From: Candidatus Multivoradales bacterium
GTDB lineage: Bacteria > Acidobacteriota > Thermoanaerobaculia > Multivoradales > JAHEKO01
Direction of reading: 5' to 3'
Length of the DNA stretch: 64,000 bases
Assembly: GCA_965223855.1 (NCBI GenBank)
Contig: CBDCXM010000009.1
Coordinates: forward strand, 2,560,001 to 2,624,000
Shown here one piece after another: positions 27,941 to 37,070 of this stretch (position 1 is the first letter of the stretch; each line of letters opens with the position of its first letter). The position numbers were made by a program, and so were the translations under genes. The notes under the pieces were generated by a model, which searched no databases, had not been told where the DNA came from, and worked only from the letters and a program-made list of their open reading frames with translations.

Positions 27941-29563
27941 TCAGGGGTGACCGGCCGCTGCGGCCTCGTCGCGCAGTTCGCGGAAACGCGGCTCGAACTC
28001 CTCGACCGCCAGGTAGGTGTGTCGATCGATGCGATCCTCGAGGTCGAAGACCAGGGTGTGACGCCGATGGCGCAGCTGGAAAGACCACGGGAAGACGATC
28101 AGCTCCTCGTCACTCCCGCGCACCAGCGACAGGCGGCGGCTCTCGACCGCGGACGAGTTTCCGCGGTTGTCGAGGGCTGCGACCCGCAGGATCACCTCGG
28201 CGACCTGGCGGCCGTCGACCTCGAGCCAGCCGAGTCGCGCCGGGTCGATGGTGACCAGCGCCGAAGCCTCCACCAGTCCGCGCCGGAGTCGCCGCGGCAA
28301 CGTCACCTCGACGGCGAAGCCTTCTTCGTCACCCGCGTCGCGCCATAGTGCGTTGAGGACGTCGAGCTGCCGGTCCTGCTCGTCACTGATCGGGACCGCG
28401 GTCTCCTGAGAGCGGACCTCGAGCCCCTCACGCAACACCTCGATTCGAACCTCCAGCCGTCGGTCGCCTCGCTCCTCGGGTGGCGGCACTGCCAGGGAGT
28501 AGTACGAACTCGTGTCCTCGACGGCTGTCGCCAGAAGCGTGGCACGCTCACCGTTGAGCATGCTGAGGCCGCCGGTGAGTCGGGCGAGTTCGCCGAGCAC
28601 CGCATGGAGCCGCTTCTCGCGGTTCCAGTCGAAGTCGAGGTCGGTGCCTTCGACGTCGATGGCGTAGATCGCATAACCGAGGAGGTTGGCGGTGTCGGTG
28701 AGGACGTTGTAGACGCTCGCCCCCTGGCACCACCCCGTGACGCACCAGTCCGAGAAGCGGCCCGCCCGCTGAAGCTCCACCGGATCCCACGAGCCGGCGA
28801 CCAGCAGCAGGGCACGCCTCCCCTCGGGCACGTCGAGCCGGCGCAGGGCGCCGGCGGCGGCGAGCACCGAGCGGCGCGTGTCGTTGCCCTCCCAGTTGGC
28901 GACGAAGTCGCGCATCCGCCGAAGCGCTACGTACTTGATGCCCCACGCTTCCTCGGTCATCGCCCGGTCGATCGCCGCCTCGAGCTGCGCACGGTCGTCG
29001 GTCCAGTCGGCGAGAATCCGCATCTTGCGCTCCTCTCCGAGTCGTACGACCGCCATCGAGTCGCCGGGGCGCATCAGCGCGAGATCGTCGCGCAGCCGCT
29101 GCAGCACGAAGTCGCGGTTGCGCGCCAGCGTCATCAGGTCGTCGATGAAGACCAGATAGTGAGTCGGTTGAGGCGGCGGTGCCTCGACTCCGTCCGCGGC
29201 CACGGTCGCCGGCTCTGTGGGCGAGAGGGCAGAACGCACCTCCTCGAAGAGCTCGATCGGTCGCTCCGTGTCGCCGACGAAGACCCGGAAGTCGTCAGCG
29301 GAGAGCCCGTAGACACGTTCGCCGTCGCCGTCGGTGACGACCGCCTGGAGCTCGAGCAGCTCGACGTCGACGGTCGCTCCGAAGTTGCGCTGGTATGGAG
29401 CGGGAGGTTCTGAAGCCGAGCCTGCTGGCGTGTCGCACTGAAGCGCCGGCGCCAGGAACGCCGCGGCGACGGCACACACCACAATCGGGAGCTGCGGACA
29501 CCTCTTCAGAGTCTCTCTCCTTGCCTGAGGTCTTTTCTGCTGGAACCCGCTGGGAGCTGCCAT
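27941..29563 (-). CDS. Exported VWA-domain protein (acidobacterial VWFA-related)
   Basis: 'FGATVDVELLEL..VVTD.DG..V.GL..DDF', 'LARLTGG', 'SSYYSL'; start uncertain. Confidence 0.75.
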   Translation of the reverse strand: MAAPSGFQQKRPQARRETLKRCPQLPIVVCAVAAAFLAPALQCDTPAGSASEPPAPYQRNFGATVDVELLELQAVVTDGDGERVYGLSADDFRVFVGDTERPIELFEEVRSALSPTEPATVAADGVEAPPPQPTHYLVFIDDLMTLARNRDFVLQRLRDDLALMRPGDSMAVVRLGEERKMRILADWTDDRAQLEAAIDRAMTEEAWGIKYVALRRMRDFVANWEGNDTRRSVLAAAGALRRLDVPEGRRALLLVAGSWDPVELQRAGRFSDWCVTGWCQGASVYNVLTDTANLLGYAIYAIDVEGTDLDFDWNREKRLHAVLGELARLTGGLSMLNGERATLLATAVEDTSSYYSLAVPPPEERGDRRLEVRIEVLREGLEVRSQETAVPISDEQDRQLDVLNALWRDAGDEEGFAVEVTLPRRLRRGLVEASALVTIDPARLGWLEVDGRQVAEVILRVAALDNRGNSSAVESRRLSLVRGSDEELIVFPWSFQLRHRRHTLVFDLEDRIDRHTYLAVEEFEPRFRELRDEAAAAGHP

Positions 29564-29629
29564 TGTTCCCTGCTGGTAGGCTGCCGTCGAGTCCTGAACC
29601 TGGATAGCTGGTCTTCGAGGAGGGTTGCC

Positions 29630-30997
29630 ATGTTGCGCCGACCGACAGATTCCCGCTCGCTTCCCGGAGTGCTGACAGCGCTCGCGATCCTTCTTCTCAG
29701 TGCGCCGGCGGCTCGATCCGACGGGCCTCTCAAGGCGTTGGTCGGCGGCACGTTGATCGACGGCTGGGGGTCTACTCCGCTTCAGGACAGCGTCGTCCTG
29801 ATCGAAGGGGAGCGCATCTCCGCCGTCGGCACCGTCGAGACGCTCGCCGTGCCGGATGACGCCGAGGTGATCTCCACCGAGGGGATGACGGTACTCCCGG
29901 GCCTGTGGGACATGCACGTCCATCTGATGATCAACGGCCACGCCGACTACGACCACTGGGACGACACGTATCCGCCGCTTTTCGAGAGCGTCATCATGCC
30001 GTCGTCGGCGCACCAGCTGCTGATGGCCGGGGTGACGAGCGCTCGCGACCTCGGGGCGCCGCTCGAGGCGTCGATCAACGTCCGCGACGCCATCAACCGC
30101 GGAGAGATCCCGGGGCCGACGATGTACATGTCAGGGCCGTTCCTGCAGCACCGCCCGTACCCCGGCACGGAGCAGTTCCGCTGGGGCGTCGACGGGGTCG
30201 AGGACGCACGGGCCAAGGTGCGGAAACTCGCGGAGGCGGGTGTCGACGTCATCAAACTGATCGATCAGGACCAGATGACGATGGAGGAGGTCCATGCCGT
30301 CGTTGATGAGGCGCACAAGCACGACCTGCCGGTGGCGGCGCACAGCCATCGCCCGGAGGAGATCCGCCGAGGCCTCGCTGCCGGCGTCGATTGCTTCGAG
30401 CACACCGGGCTCTCGACCGCGCCCGGCTACCCGGAGGACGTCCTGCGGCTGATCGAGGAGCGCACGGCGCAGATGAACCGCGGTCCGCTCTTCTGGACGC
30501 CGACCGTCGAGGGCCTCTACAACTACGAGTACGTCCGCGATCACCCCGAGAAGCTCGACACGACGGACTGGCACCTCGGATTGCCGGAAGACATCATTGC
30601 CGACATCCGGCAGTCGTTCGCCAAACCGGAGCGACTCGGCTACTTCCAGATCACGCCGCTACGCAGGCCGACCCTCAAGACCAAGATCGATCAGCTCCGG
30701 CGTGCCGGAGTGAAGCTCCTCGTCGGCACCGACAGCGGAATTCCGATGAAGTTCCACATCCAGTCGACCTGGAACGAGCTCGACATCTGGGTGCGGGTGA
30801 TGGGGATTCCGCCGATGGAGGCGATCCAGGCGGCGACCTACTGGCCGGCGGTGCACATGGGAGTCGCCGACGACTACGGCACGGTGAGCGAAGGGAAGTA
30901 CGCCGACATCATCGCCGTCAAGGGCGATGTCCTGCGGTACATCAACCTTCTGCAGCGCGTCGACATCGTGGTGAAGCACGGCCGCCGCGTGAAGTAG
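29630..30997 (+). CDS. Exported amidohydrolase family protein
   Basis: 'TVLPGLWDMHVH', 'GVTSARDLG', 'VAAH', 'FEH', 'GTDSG', 'G.VSEGKYADII'. Confidence 0.92.
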   Translation: MLRRPTDSRSLPGVLTALAILLLSAPAARSDGPLKALVGGTLIDGWGSTPLQDSVVLIEGERISAVGTVETLAVPDDAEVISTEGMTVLPGLWDMHVHLMINGHADYDHWDDTYPPLFESVIMPSSAHQLLMAGVTSARDLGAPLEASINVRDAINRGEIPGPTMYMSGPFLQHRPYPGTEQFRWGVDGVEDARAKVRKLAEAGVDVIKLIDQDQMTMEEVHAVVDEAHKHDLPVAAHSHRPEEIRRGLAAGVDCFEHTGLSTAPGYPEDVLRLIEERTAQMNRGPLFWTPTVEGLYNYEYVRDHPEKLDTTDWHLGLPEDIIADIRQSFAKPERLGYFQITPLRRPTLKTKIDQLRRAGVKLLVGTDSGIPMKFHIQSTWNELDIWVRVMGIPPMEAIQAATYWPAVHMGVADDYGTVSEGKYADIIAVKGDVLRYINLLQRVDIVVKHGRRVK

Positions 30998-31002
30998 GCA
31001 AG

Positions 31003-31033
31003 AAAAAGGACCGCCACCTGCGGGTGGCGGTCC
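31003..31033 (-). terminator. Intrinsic terminator
   Basis: GGACCGCCACC-N4-GGTGGCGGTCC 11-bp stem followed by TTTTT on the minus strand; lies between convergent genes. Confidence 0.8.
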
Positions 31034-31055
31034 CTCGAGCTTCGATATTCGGGAA

Positions 31056-31709
31056 CTACTCGTCGTCGATCGAGAACTCGGTCAGCTCCACGGGCACCAT
31101 CATGACCGTGAAGTTGGGGCCGTAGCGGCCGTTGTTGCCGGCGGAGTCTTCGGTCGGGAAGACGAAACCGAGATCGCCCACGGACGGGAAGACGCCGTTG
31201 AGCACGGTGATGTCGGGGTCCGTCACCACGGAGGTCGGGCCGGAAACGTAGCCGTCACCGTCGGTGGCGGTGTAGAGCATGCCGGCCGTGTAGGTGGTGC
31301 CCGGGTTGAGCGTGATCGGCGTGATCGACTCGTAGCGCCAGTCGCCATTCGTCGGGCTCGTCGGGGTGACGGTCACCGACGCGAGGAGCGTCTGAGTGTC
31401 GTCCCAGATGCCGACCTGATGGCTCGAGTCGAGCACCGGGTTCTGCGTCGTGGTGCCGGCGCCCGGATTGTCTTCCGAGGTGAGGGGAGTCGTGGTGTCG
31501 GCGTTCCAGGCGCCGAGCGAGTCGACCGTCAGGGGCGATGAGACGGTGAAGCGGTAGCCGACGACGTCGCCGGTCGAGCCGCCGTAGAAGATCACGAACT
31601 CTGTGCCGCCCGAGAACGACGTGATGGCGGGCGACTGGGCGTGTGCCACTCCGGCCACCGAGACGACGAGGAGCGCTGTGAGCGCCCACATGGTGAGATT
31701 CGACTTCAT
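31056..31709 (-). CDS. Secreted DUF4082-like protein with C-terminal VPVEL tail
   Basis: GAGG RBS, signal peptide ending AHA; 'VGYRFTV', 'HQVGIW', 'WRY..I.PITL.PG.TY', 'GPNF'; ends MVPVELTEFSIDDE. Confidence 0.8.
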   Translation of the reverse strand: MKSNLTMWALTALLVVSVAGVAHAQSPAITSFSGGTEFVIFYGGSTGDVVGYRFTVSSPLTVDSLGAWNADTTTPLTSEDNPGAGTTTQNPVLDSSHQVGIWDDTQTLLASVTVTPTSPTNGDWRYESITPITLNPGTTYTAGMLYTATDGDGYVSGPTSVVTDPDITVLNGVFPSVGDLGFVFPTEDSAGNNGRYGPNFTVMMVPVELTEFSIDDE

Positions 31710-31783
31710 GGATTCCTCTCTTCTGTTGTTGTTGGGGACCGAAGGCAAGTATAGCAACCTTCAGGGGGCTGGACGTTCGGGGG

Positions 31784-33031
31784 TCAGGGGACCGTCGCCG
31801 ACCAGGCGCCTGTGTCCCCCGATTCGAAGCCGTCGGAGAACACCTCGGGGCCTTCGAGCCGGTAGAGCGTGCCGCCGTTGCTGAGGTAGAGCTCGCCGGC
31901 GCTGTCCTCGCCGAAGCTGGTGACCGCCGGAAGGTCGATGTCGAGCAGTTGGGGCGTCCAGTTGCCGCTCGCCTCGGCCGCGGCCCAGAGGTTCCCCGTG
32001 CACCAGTCACCGTAGAGGTAGACCCCTGAGAGCGCGCTGATGCGACTGCCACGGTAGACGAACCCACCCGTGATCGAGCAGTCGCCGCCGCTGTGGCCGT
32101 AGTCGAGGATCGGCGCTGTGTAGCCGCTGTCGAAGCACGAAGCGGTGGCGCCCGGGCAGTTCGGGTTGATCGGATCGGGGTCGTGACAGGCGGTCCCTTC
32201 CATTACCTGCCAGCCGTAGTTCTCGCCTCCCGGCGAGGAGGCCGGTTGGCGGGAGACCTCTTCGCGCAAGTCCTGCCCGACGTCGGCGATGAAGAGGTCG
32301 CCTGTCGCACGATCGAAGGAGATTCGCCATGGGTTGCGGAAGCCGAGCGCCCAGATCTCGTCGAGCGGCGGGCCGGCACCGACGAACGGGTTGTCGGCCG
32401 GAATGCCGTGGTAGGGAGGGGTAGCGACGCTCTGATCGACGTCGATCCTCAGTACCTTGCCGTGCAGCGTGGACGGGTTCTGGCTGCGGCACTCCGGGTC
32501 GTTCTGGCCGCCGCCGTCGCCGAGCGCGATGTAGAGGTAGCCGTCGAGCGGGCCGAAGGCGATTGTGCCGCCCCGGTGCTGCCCGGTGAACTGCGGGATC
32601 GTCAGCAGGACGACGCCGGACGCTCTATCGGCGACGTTCGGGTCGGCCGAGACTTCGTAACGGGCGATGATCGAGTTCGAGGCCGTGTCGGTGTAGTGGA
32701 CGAAGAAGTAGCCGTTCGTGACGTAGTCCGGGTGAAACGCCATGCTCTTGAGACCCCCCTCGAGCCCCGATCCGGTCGAACCCGACAGGTCGAGGAACGG
32801 CGTCGGCAGCACCTGCCCCTCTTCGTAGACGACGATCTCGGAGTACTGCTCGACGAGGAACAGACGCTCGTCTCCGGCGTGATGGATCGAGACGAGATTG
32901 GAGAAGCCGCCTTCGAGCGGGTTGAGAGAGAGGGTGGGCAGTCCCTCTGTCTCGAGCGTTGTCGGCTCGAACGTCGCGGCCTCCGACATGGCGGCCGAGA
33001 GTGTGAGCATCAGCAGGGTGCGAGCGAGCAT
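31784..33031 (-). CDS. PQQ-dependent sugar (glucose/sorbosone) dehydrogenase family protein with FSDGFESGD tail
   Basis: 'MAFHPDY', 'H.GG.I.FGP.DGYLYI..GDGG', 'GKVLRID', 'IPADNPF', 'GFRNPWR.SFD', 'DVGQ', 'NYGW'; ends VFSDGFESGDTGAWSATVP. Confidence 0.9.
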   Translation of the reverse strand: MLARTLLMLTLSAAMSEAATFEPTTLETEGLPTLSLNPLEGGFSNLVSIHHAGDERLFLVEQYSEIVVYEEGQVLPTPFLDLSGSTGSGLEGGLKSMAFHPDYVTNGYFFVHYTDTASNSIIARYEVSADPNVADRASGVVLLTIPQFTGQHRGGTIAFGPLDGYLYIALGDGGGQNDPECRSQNPSTLHGKVLRIDVDQSVATPPYHGIPADNPFVGAGPPLDEIWALGFRNPWRISFDRATGDLFIADVGQDLREEVSRQPASSPGGENYGWQVMEGTACHDPDPINPNCPGATASCFDSGYTAPILDYGHSGGDCSITGGFVYRGSRISALSGVYLYGDWCTGNLWAAAEASGNWTPQLLDIDLPAVTSFGEDSAGELYLSNGGTLYRLEGPEVFSDGFESGDTGAWSATVP

Positions 33032-33074
33032 GGAACCTCCTGGGGCGTGAGTGGGCTCCGAGCCCCCGAGAATC

Positions 33075-34832
33075 CTAGGAGGCTGCCTTCTGCTCGGCTA
33101 TGAAGTCTTCGATCTGCTGTTCGAGCACGGACAGCGGAATGGAGCCGTTGAGGAGCACCGCGTCGTGGAACAGCCGGACGTCGAAGTCACCGCCCAGTTC
33201 CTGCTCGGCCCGCTTGCGAAGCTCCCGGATCTTGAGCTCGCCGATCTTGTAGGCGAGCGCCTGCCCGGGCCACGAGATGTAGCGATCGGTCTCGGTGCGG
33301 ATCTCGTGGAGTGACAGCGCCGTGTTCTCGGCCATGTAGTCGCGCATCTGCTGGCGGGTCCAGCCGAAGGCGTGGACGCCGGTGTCGACCACCAGGCGGC
33401 AGGCGCGCCACATCTCGTACGTCAGCCGGCCGAAGTTGGAGTAGGGGTCGGTGTAGAAGCCGGCCTCGAGCCCGAGCCACTCGGAGTAGAGGCCCCAGCC
33501 TTCCCCGAAAGCCGACAGGTAGGAGTAGCGGCGGAAGTTCGGCAGTCCCTCGAGTTCGGCGTTGAGCGAGATCTGGAAATGATGCCCCGGCACCGCCTCG
33601 TGGAGCGACAGCGCCTCGAGGTTGTAGAGCGATCGGGTGTCGAGGGCGTAGGTGTTGACCCAGTAGCGCCCCGGTTGGGTCGAGCCCTCCGGCGGCCCGA
33701 CGTAGCGGCCGGCGGTGTACTTGGGAGCGATGTCGTCCGGCACCGGCTCGACGGTGTAGGGGAGGCGCGGCATCGTCTTGAAGAGCGCCGGCAGCCTGCC
33801 GTCCATCGTCTTCGAGATGTAGGCCGCCTTCATCAGCAGCTCTTCGGCGCTCTTCGGGTAGAACTGCTCGTCGGTGCGCAGGAACTCGAGGAACTCGGCG
33901 AAGGTCCCTTCGAAGCCGACCTCGGCGATCACCTCTTCCATCTCGGCGCGGATCCGGGCCACCTCCGAGAGGCCGGTCTCGTGGACCTGCTCGGCGGTGA
34001 GATCGAGGGTGGTGAAGTTGCGGATCCGCTGGCGGTAGTACGCCTCGCCCTCGGGCAGGTCGACGGCGCCCAGGGTGTCGCGCGCTCCCGGCATGTACTC
34101 GTCGACCATGAAGTCGCGCAGCTCGCGGTAGCCGGGAACGATCGCCTCGGCAATCGCGGTCCGTGCCTCCTCGCGCAGTCGGGCATGGTCGGACTCGGGC
34201 ACGCCGACCGGGAACTCGCGGAACGGCTGGTAGAAGACGCTCGACTCGGGATCGTCGACGATCTGGGCCTCAAGGACCGCGTCGATACCGTCGAGAATGA
34301 TGCGCGGCTGGGTCATGCCACGCTCGAGCCCGAGCCGCATGTTGGCGATCTGCTGTGTGGCGTAGGTCGGCCACGCGCGCAGGCGGCTGAGGTAGTTCTC
34401 GTAGTCGCGGGTGGAGAGGAACGGCATGTTGAAGGGTTGGCGGGCGAAGCCGGAATAGAAGCCCGAATCGGCGTTGAACGGAATCTGCCAGCCGCCGAAG
34501 CGGTAGGAGTCGACCCGGTTCTGCAGCTGGTTCCTGAAGATGTCGAGATTGATGCGGTCGGTCGGCGAGAGTGCCTCCCGGTCGATCGCGTCGATCTCGG
34601 CCAGAAAGCCCTTCCACAGCCCGTCGCGGCGCTCGAGGTCCGCCCCATCCACCGACGGCAACAGGTGGTTGTAGTCGTGCACCCCCACGGACGTCGCCTG
34701 GAACGGATTCTCGCGCAGGCGCACGTCCCATTCGCGGTCGAAGATGTCGTGGAGCCGGGCGCTCTCGTCGGCCGGAAGGGAGACGGCGGACGTCGCTATC
34801 AGGAGGGTCAGGGCCAGGGTGAGACGTTTCAT
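33075..34832 (-). CDS. DUF885 family protein, exported
   Basis: 'HEAVPGHHFQ', 'EGWGLYSE', 'WRACRLVVDTG.H', 'DRYISWPGQALAYKIG', 'FHD..L.NG'. Confidence 0.93.
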   Translation of the reverse strand: MKRLTLALTLLIATSAVSLPADESARLHDIFDREWDVRLRENPFQATSVGVHDYNHLLPSVDGADLERRDGLWKGFLAEIDAIDREALSPTDRINLDIFRNQLQNRVDSYRFGGWQIPFNADSGFYSGFARQPFNMPFLSTRDYENYLSRLRAWPTYATQQIANMRLGLERGMTQPRIILDGIDAVLEAQIVDDPESSVFYQPFREFPVGVPESDHARLREEARTAIAEAIVPGYRELRDFMVDEYMPGARDTLGAVDLPEGEAYYRQRIRNFTTLDLTAEQVHETGLSEVARIRAEMEEVIAEVGFEGTFAEFLEFLRTDEQFYPKSAEELLMKAAYISKTMDGRLPALFKTMPRLPYTVEPVPDDIAPKYTAGRYVGPPEGSTQPGRYWVNTYALDTRSLYNLEALSLHEAVPGHHFQISLNAELEGLPNFRRYSYLSAFGEGWGLYSEWLGLEAGFYTDPYSNFGRLTYEMWRACRLVVDTGVHAFGWTRQQMRDYMAENTALSLHEIRTETDRYISWPGQALAYKIGELKIRELRKRAEQELGGDFDVRLFHDAVLLNGSIPLSVLEQQIEDFIAEQKAAS

Positions 34833-34902
34833 CGGCGGATTCCTTCGTTTGGAGTGAGCGGTCCAGCGCGTCGCTCGCGAGGCGCCGCCCTCACAGGTGG
34901 AT

Positions 34903-36456
34903 TCAGTCGGCTGGAGTGAACAGTGCGGCCATCATCTCGATGCCGTACCAGAGATTGGCGAGGCGCAGGTTCTCGTCGGGGGCGTGCTGGTTGTTGTCGT
35001 GGTTGGCGATCGGCACGATCACCATCGGGCTGCCGAGCACGCTCTCGAACAGGTAGAGGGGCAGCGAGCCGCCGAGGGACGGCATGAGGATGAGCTCCTC
35101 TCCGGCGACTCTTCGAGCTGCTTCGATCGCGAACTGTGCTTCTGCCGTGTCGAGGGGTGTGCGAGCGGCAGGGTAGCCCTCCCGCCGGTCGACCCGCGCG
35201 ATCTTCGGATGGGCGAGGCGAGTGTCGGCGTCCGGTTCTTCGTGGACGACGTGGTAGCCCTGGCGTTCGATGTGCCGCTCGACGACGTCGAGTATCCGCG
35301 CGGGATCGTCGCCCTTGACGAGGCGGATGTCGAGGCTCGCCGTCGCCTCGGTCGGGATGACGTTTCGCGCCCCGGCCCCGACTTCGGCACTCTTCATGCC
35401 GCGGATGTTGAGCGAAGGGAGCACCAGGCGGACCGCCAGCGGCGCTCCGGCGCCGTCGGTGGAGCCCTCGGCGAGCAGCAGCTCGCGTCGCAGCTGCTCG
35501 TCCGGATGAGGGAGCGATTTGATGATCTCGAACTCCTCAGGGGTCGGCGGGATCGAGTCCTGGAAGAAGTCGGCGATATCGACCCGGGCCTCCTCGTTCT
35601 TCATCGACGCCAGCAGCTCGGCGAGCCGCAGAGCCGGGTTGGGAGCCCAGTTGCCGTAATGACCGCTGTGCAGATAGCGAGCCGCGCCGTAGACCGTGAT
35701 GTCGAGGCCGGTGTAGCCGCGCACACCGAAGACGAGTTGCGGTCGACGGCTCTGGTGAACAGGTCCGTCACAGATCAGCCAGAGATCGACCTCGAGCTTG
35801 TCGGCGTGTTCGCGCATGTAGCTCTCGAGATGCGGGGAGCCGGCTTCCTCCTCCCCCTCGAAGAAGAACTTGAGGTTCACCCGCCGTTCGATGCCGGCCG
35901 CCTCGAGCGCGTCGATCGCGCCTAGGATGGCGGCGAACGGCGCCTTGTCGTCGCCTGCGCCGCGCCCGTAGATGCGCCACTCGGGATCGATCGCGTCGTC
36001 TGCCGCCGGGTAGTCGATCTCTTCGCCACCGCTCCCGAGCGCCCCCGAGACGAGAGTGGCGCTCCAGGGATCGAACGTCCACTCTTCCGGCACGACCGGC
36101 TGGCCGTCGTAGTGGAAGTAGACACCGACGGTCGTCTCGCTGCCCGCCGCTCCGGCAAGCTCACCGTAGACGATCGGTGGGACGCCGTCCTGCTGCCAGA
36201 TCTCCATCTTCGCGCCCCGGCTCTCGAAGGCCTCGACAATGTGACGGGCGTTGGCCTCCATCGCCTCGACGTCGGAAGCGACGTTGGGCAGGGCTAGGAA
36301 GCTCGCGTAGTCGGCGAGGATGGTGGCGCCGTTGGTCTGGTGGTAGTCGCGTGCTGCGAGAACCGCGGCGTCCTCCGCCGTGAGCGGCAGGGCCGCCGCG
36401 CCGGAAAAGAGAAGCAGGGCGGCGTTGACCGCGCTGCCGGAAGCTCGTCGAATCAT
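34903..36456 (-). CDS. Exported M20/M25/M40 family metallopeptidase
   Basis: 'HYDGQP', 'YGRGAGDDK', 'EGEEEAGS', 'LHSGHYG', 'NQHAPDEN'. Confidence 0.9.
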   Translation of the reverse strand: MIRRASGSAVNAALLLFSGAAALPLTAEDAAVLAARDYHQTNGATILADYASFLALPNVASDVEAMEANARHIVEAFESRGAKMEIWQQDGVPPIVYGELAGAAGSETTVGVYFHYDGQPVVPEEWTFDPWSATLVSGALGSGGEEIDYPAADDAIDPEWRIYGRGAGDDKAPFAAILGAIDALEAAGIERRVNLKFFFEGEEEAGSPHLESYMREHADKLEVDLWLICDGPVHQSRRPQLVFGVRGYTGLDITVYGAARYLHSGHYGNWAPNPALRLAELLASMKNEEARVDIADFFQDSIPPTPEEFEIIKSLPHPDEQLRRELLLAEGSTDGAGAPLAVRLVLPSLNIRGMKSAEVGAGARNVIPTEATASLDIRLVKGDDPARILDVVERHIERQGYHVVHEEPDADTRLAHPKIARVDRREGYPAARTPLDTAEAQFAIEAARRVAGEELILMPSLGGSLPLYLFESVLGSPMVIVPIANHDNNQHAPDENLRLANLWYGIEMMAALFTPAD

Positions 36457-36533
36457 CGGGGTCCTCGTCTCGTAGTTGTCGGTCGCATTCTACTCGCGGG
36501 ATCGGCGGGGTCGGGAGCCTCGCGAAAGGGGGG

Positions 36534-36562
36534 TTGACAGGGAGCCGAAGGGCTCTTATAAT
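36534..36562 (+). promoter_or_regulatory. Consensus sigma70 promoter of arsR-arsM
   Basis: TTGACA (36534-36539), 17 nt, TATAAT (36557-36562). Confidence 0.88.
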
Positions 36563-36590
36563 TGCACCATGGTGCAAACATAGCAAACAT
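36562..36590. promoter_or_regulatory. Putative ArsR operator
   Basis: Perfect 16-bp palindrome TTGCACCATGGTGCAA (36562-36577) plus direct repeat GCAAACAT x2 (36574, 36583) over the predicted TSS. Confidence 0.7.
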
Positions 36591-36608
36591 TCGCGGCAGG
36601 CTGAAGGC

Positions 36609-37070
36609 GTGTCGGGGAGTGCTGGCGGCTCGGATCCGCGTCCAGGGGGAGCTTTTCGCGGATCCGCGGCGCTCGACCCTGCATCCCGGGTCTCCTGCGA
36701 ACTCGACGGATTGCTGGATGCCCGCCTCTTCAAGGCGCTGGCCGATCCGAATCGAGTCGTACTGCTGAGCAGGCTGGCCGGCTGCAGGACGCCGCAGACG
36801 GTCGGTGCCCTCAACGACTGCTGCCCGGTCGACCTGTCCGTCGTGTCGCGACATCTCGCCGCGCTGCGCGATGCAGGACTCGTGCGAGCCGAGAAGCGTG
36901 GGCGCGAGGTCTACTACGAGGTCTGCTGCGGCGAGGTCGCGGCCTGGTTGCGCCGTCTGGCCGACGCCTTCGAGACCTGCGCCGCGACCACAGAAGAGAA
37001 CTCGTCGGACGCCACGGGTCCGAGCCGTCAGGACGGTCCCTCGGGGACCGGGAAAGGAAGTCGCGCATGA
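36609..37070 (+). CDS. arsR: ArsR/SmtB family transcriptional repressor
   Basis: 'FKALADPNR', 'SVVSRHL..LRDAGLV...KRGREVYY'; Cys pairs DCCP and VCCG; start uncertain (GTG 36609 assumed); ATGA overlap with arsM. Confidence 0.8.
   Translation: MSGSAGGSDPRPGGAFRGSAALDPASRVSCELDGLLDARLFKALADPNRVVLLSRLAGCRTPQTVGALNDCCPVDLSVVSRHLAALRDAGLVRAEKRGREVYYEVCCGEVAAWLRRLADAFETCAATTEENSSDATGPSRQDGPSGTGKGSRA

Noticed and set aside
27941-30013. 690-aa version of the VWA protein
   Set aside because: The N-terminal extension is antisense to the amidohydrolase, a high-GC open-frame artefact
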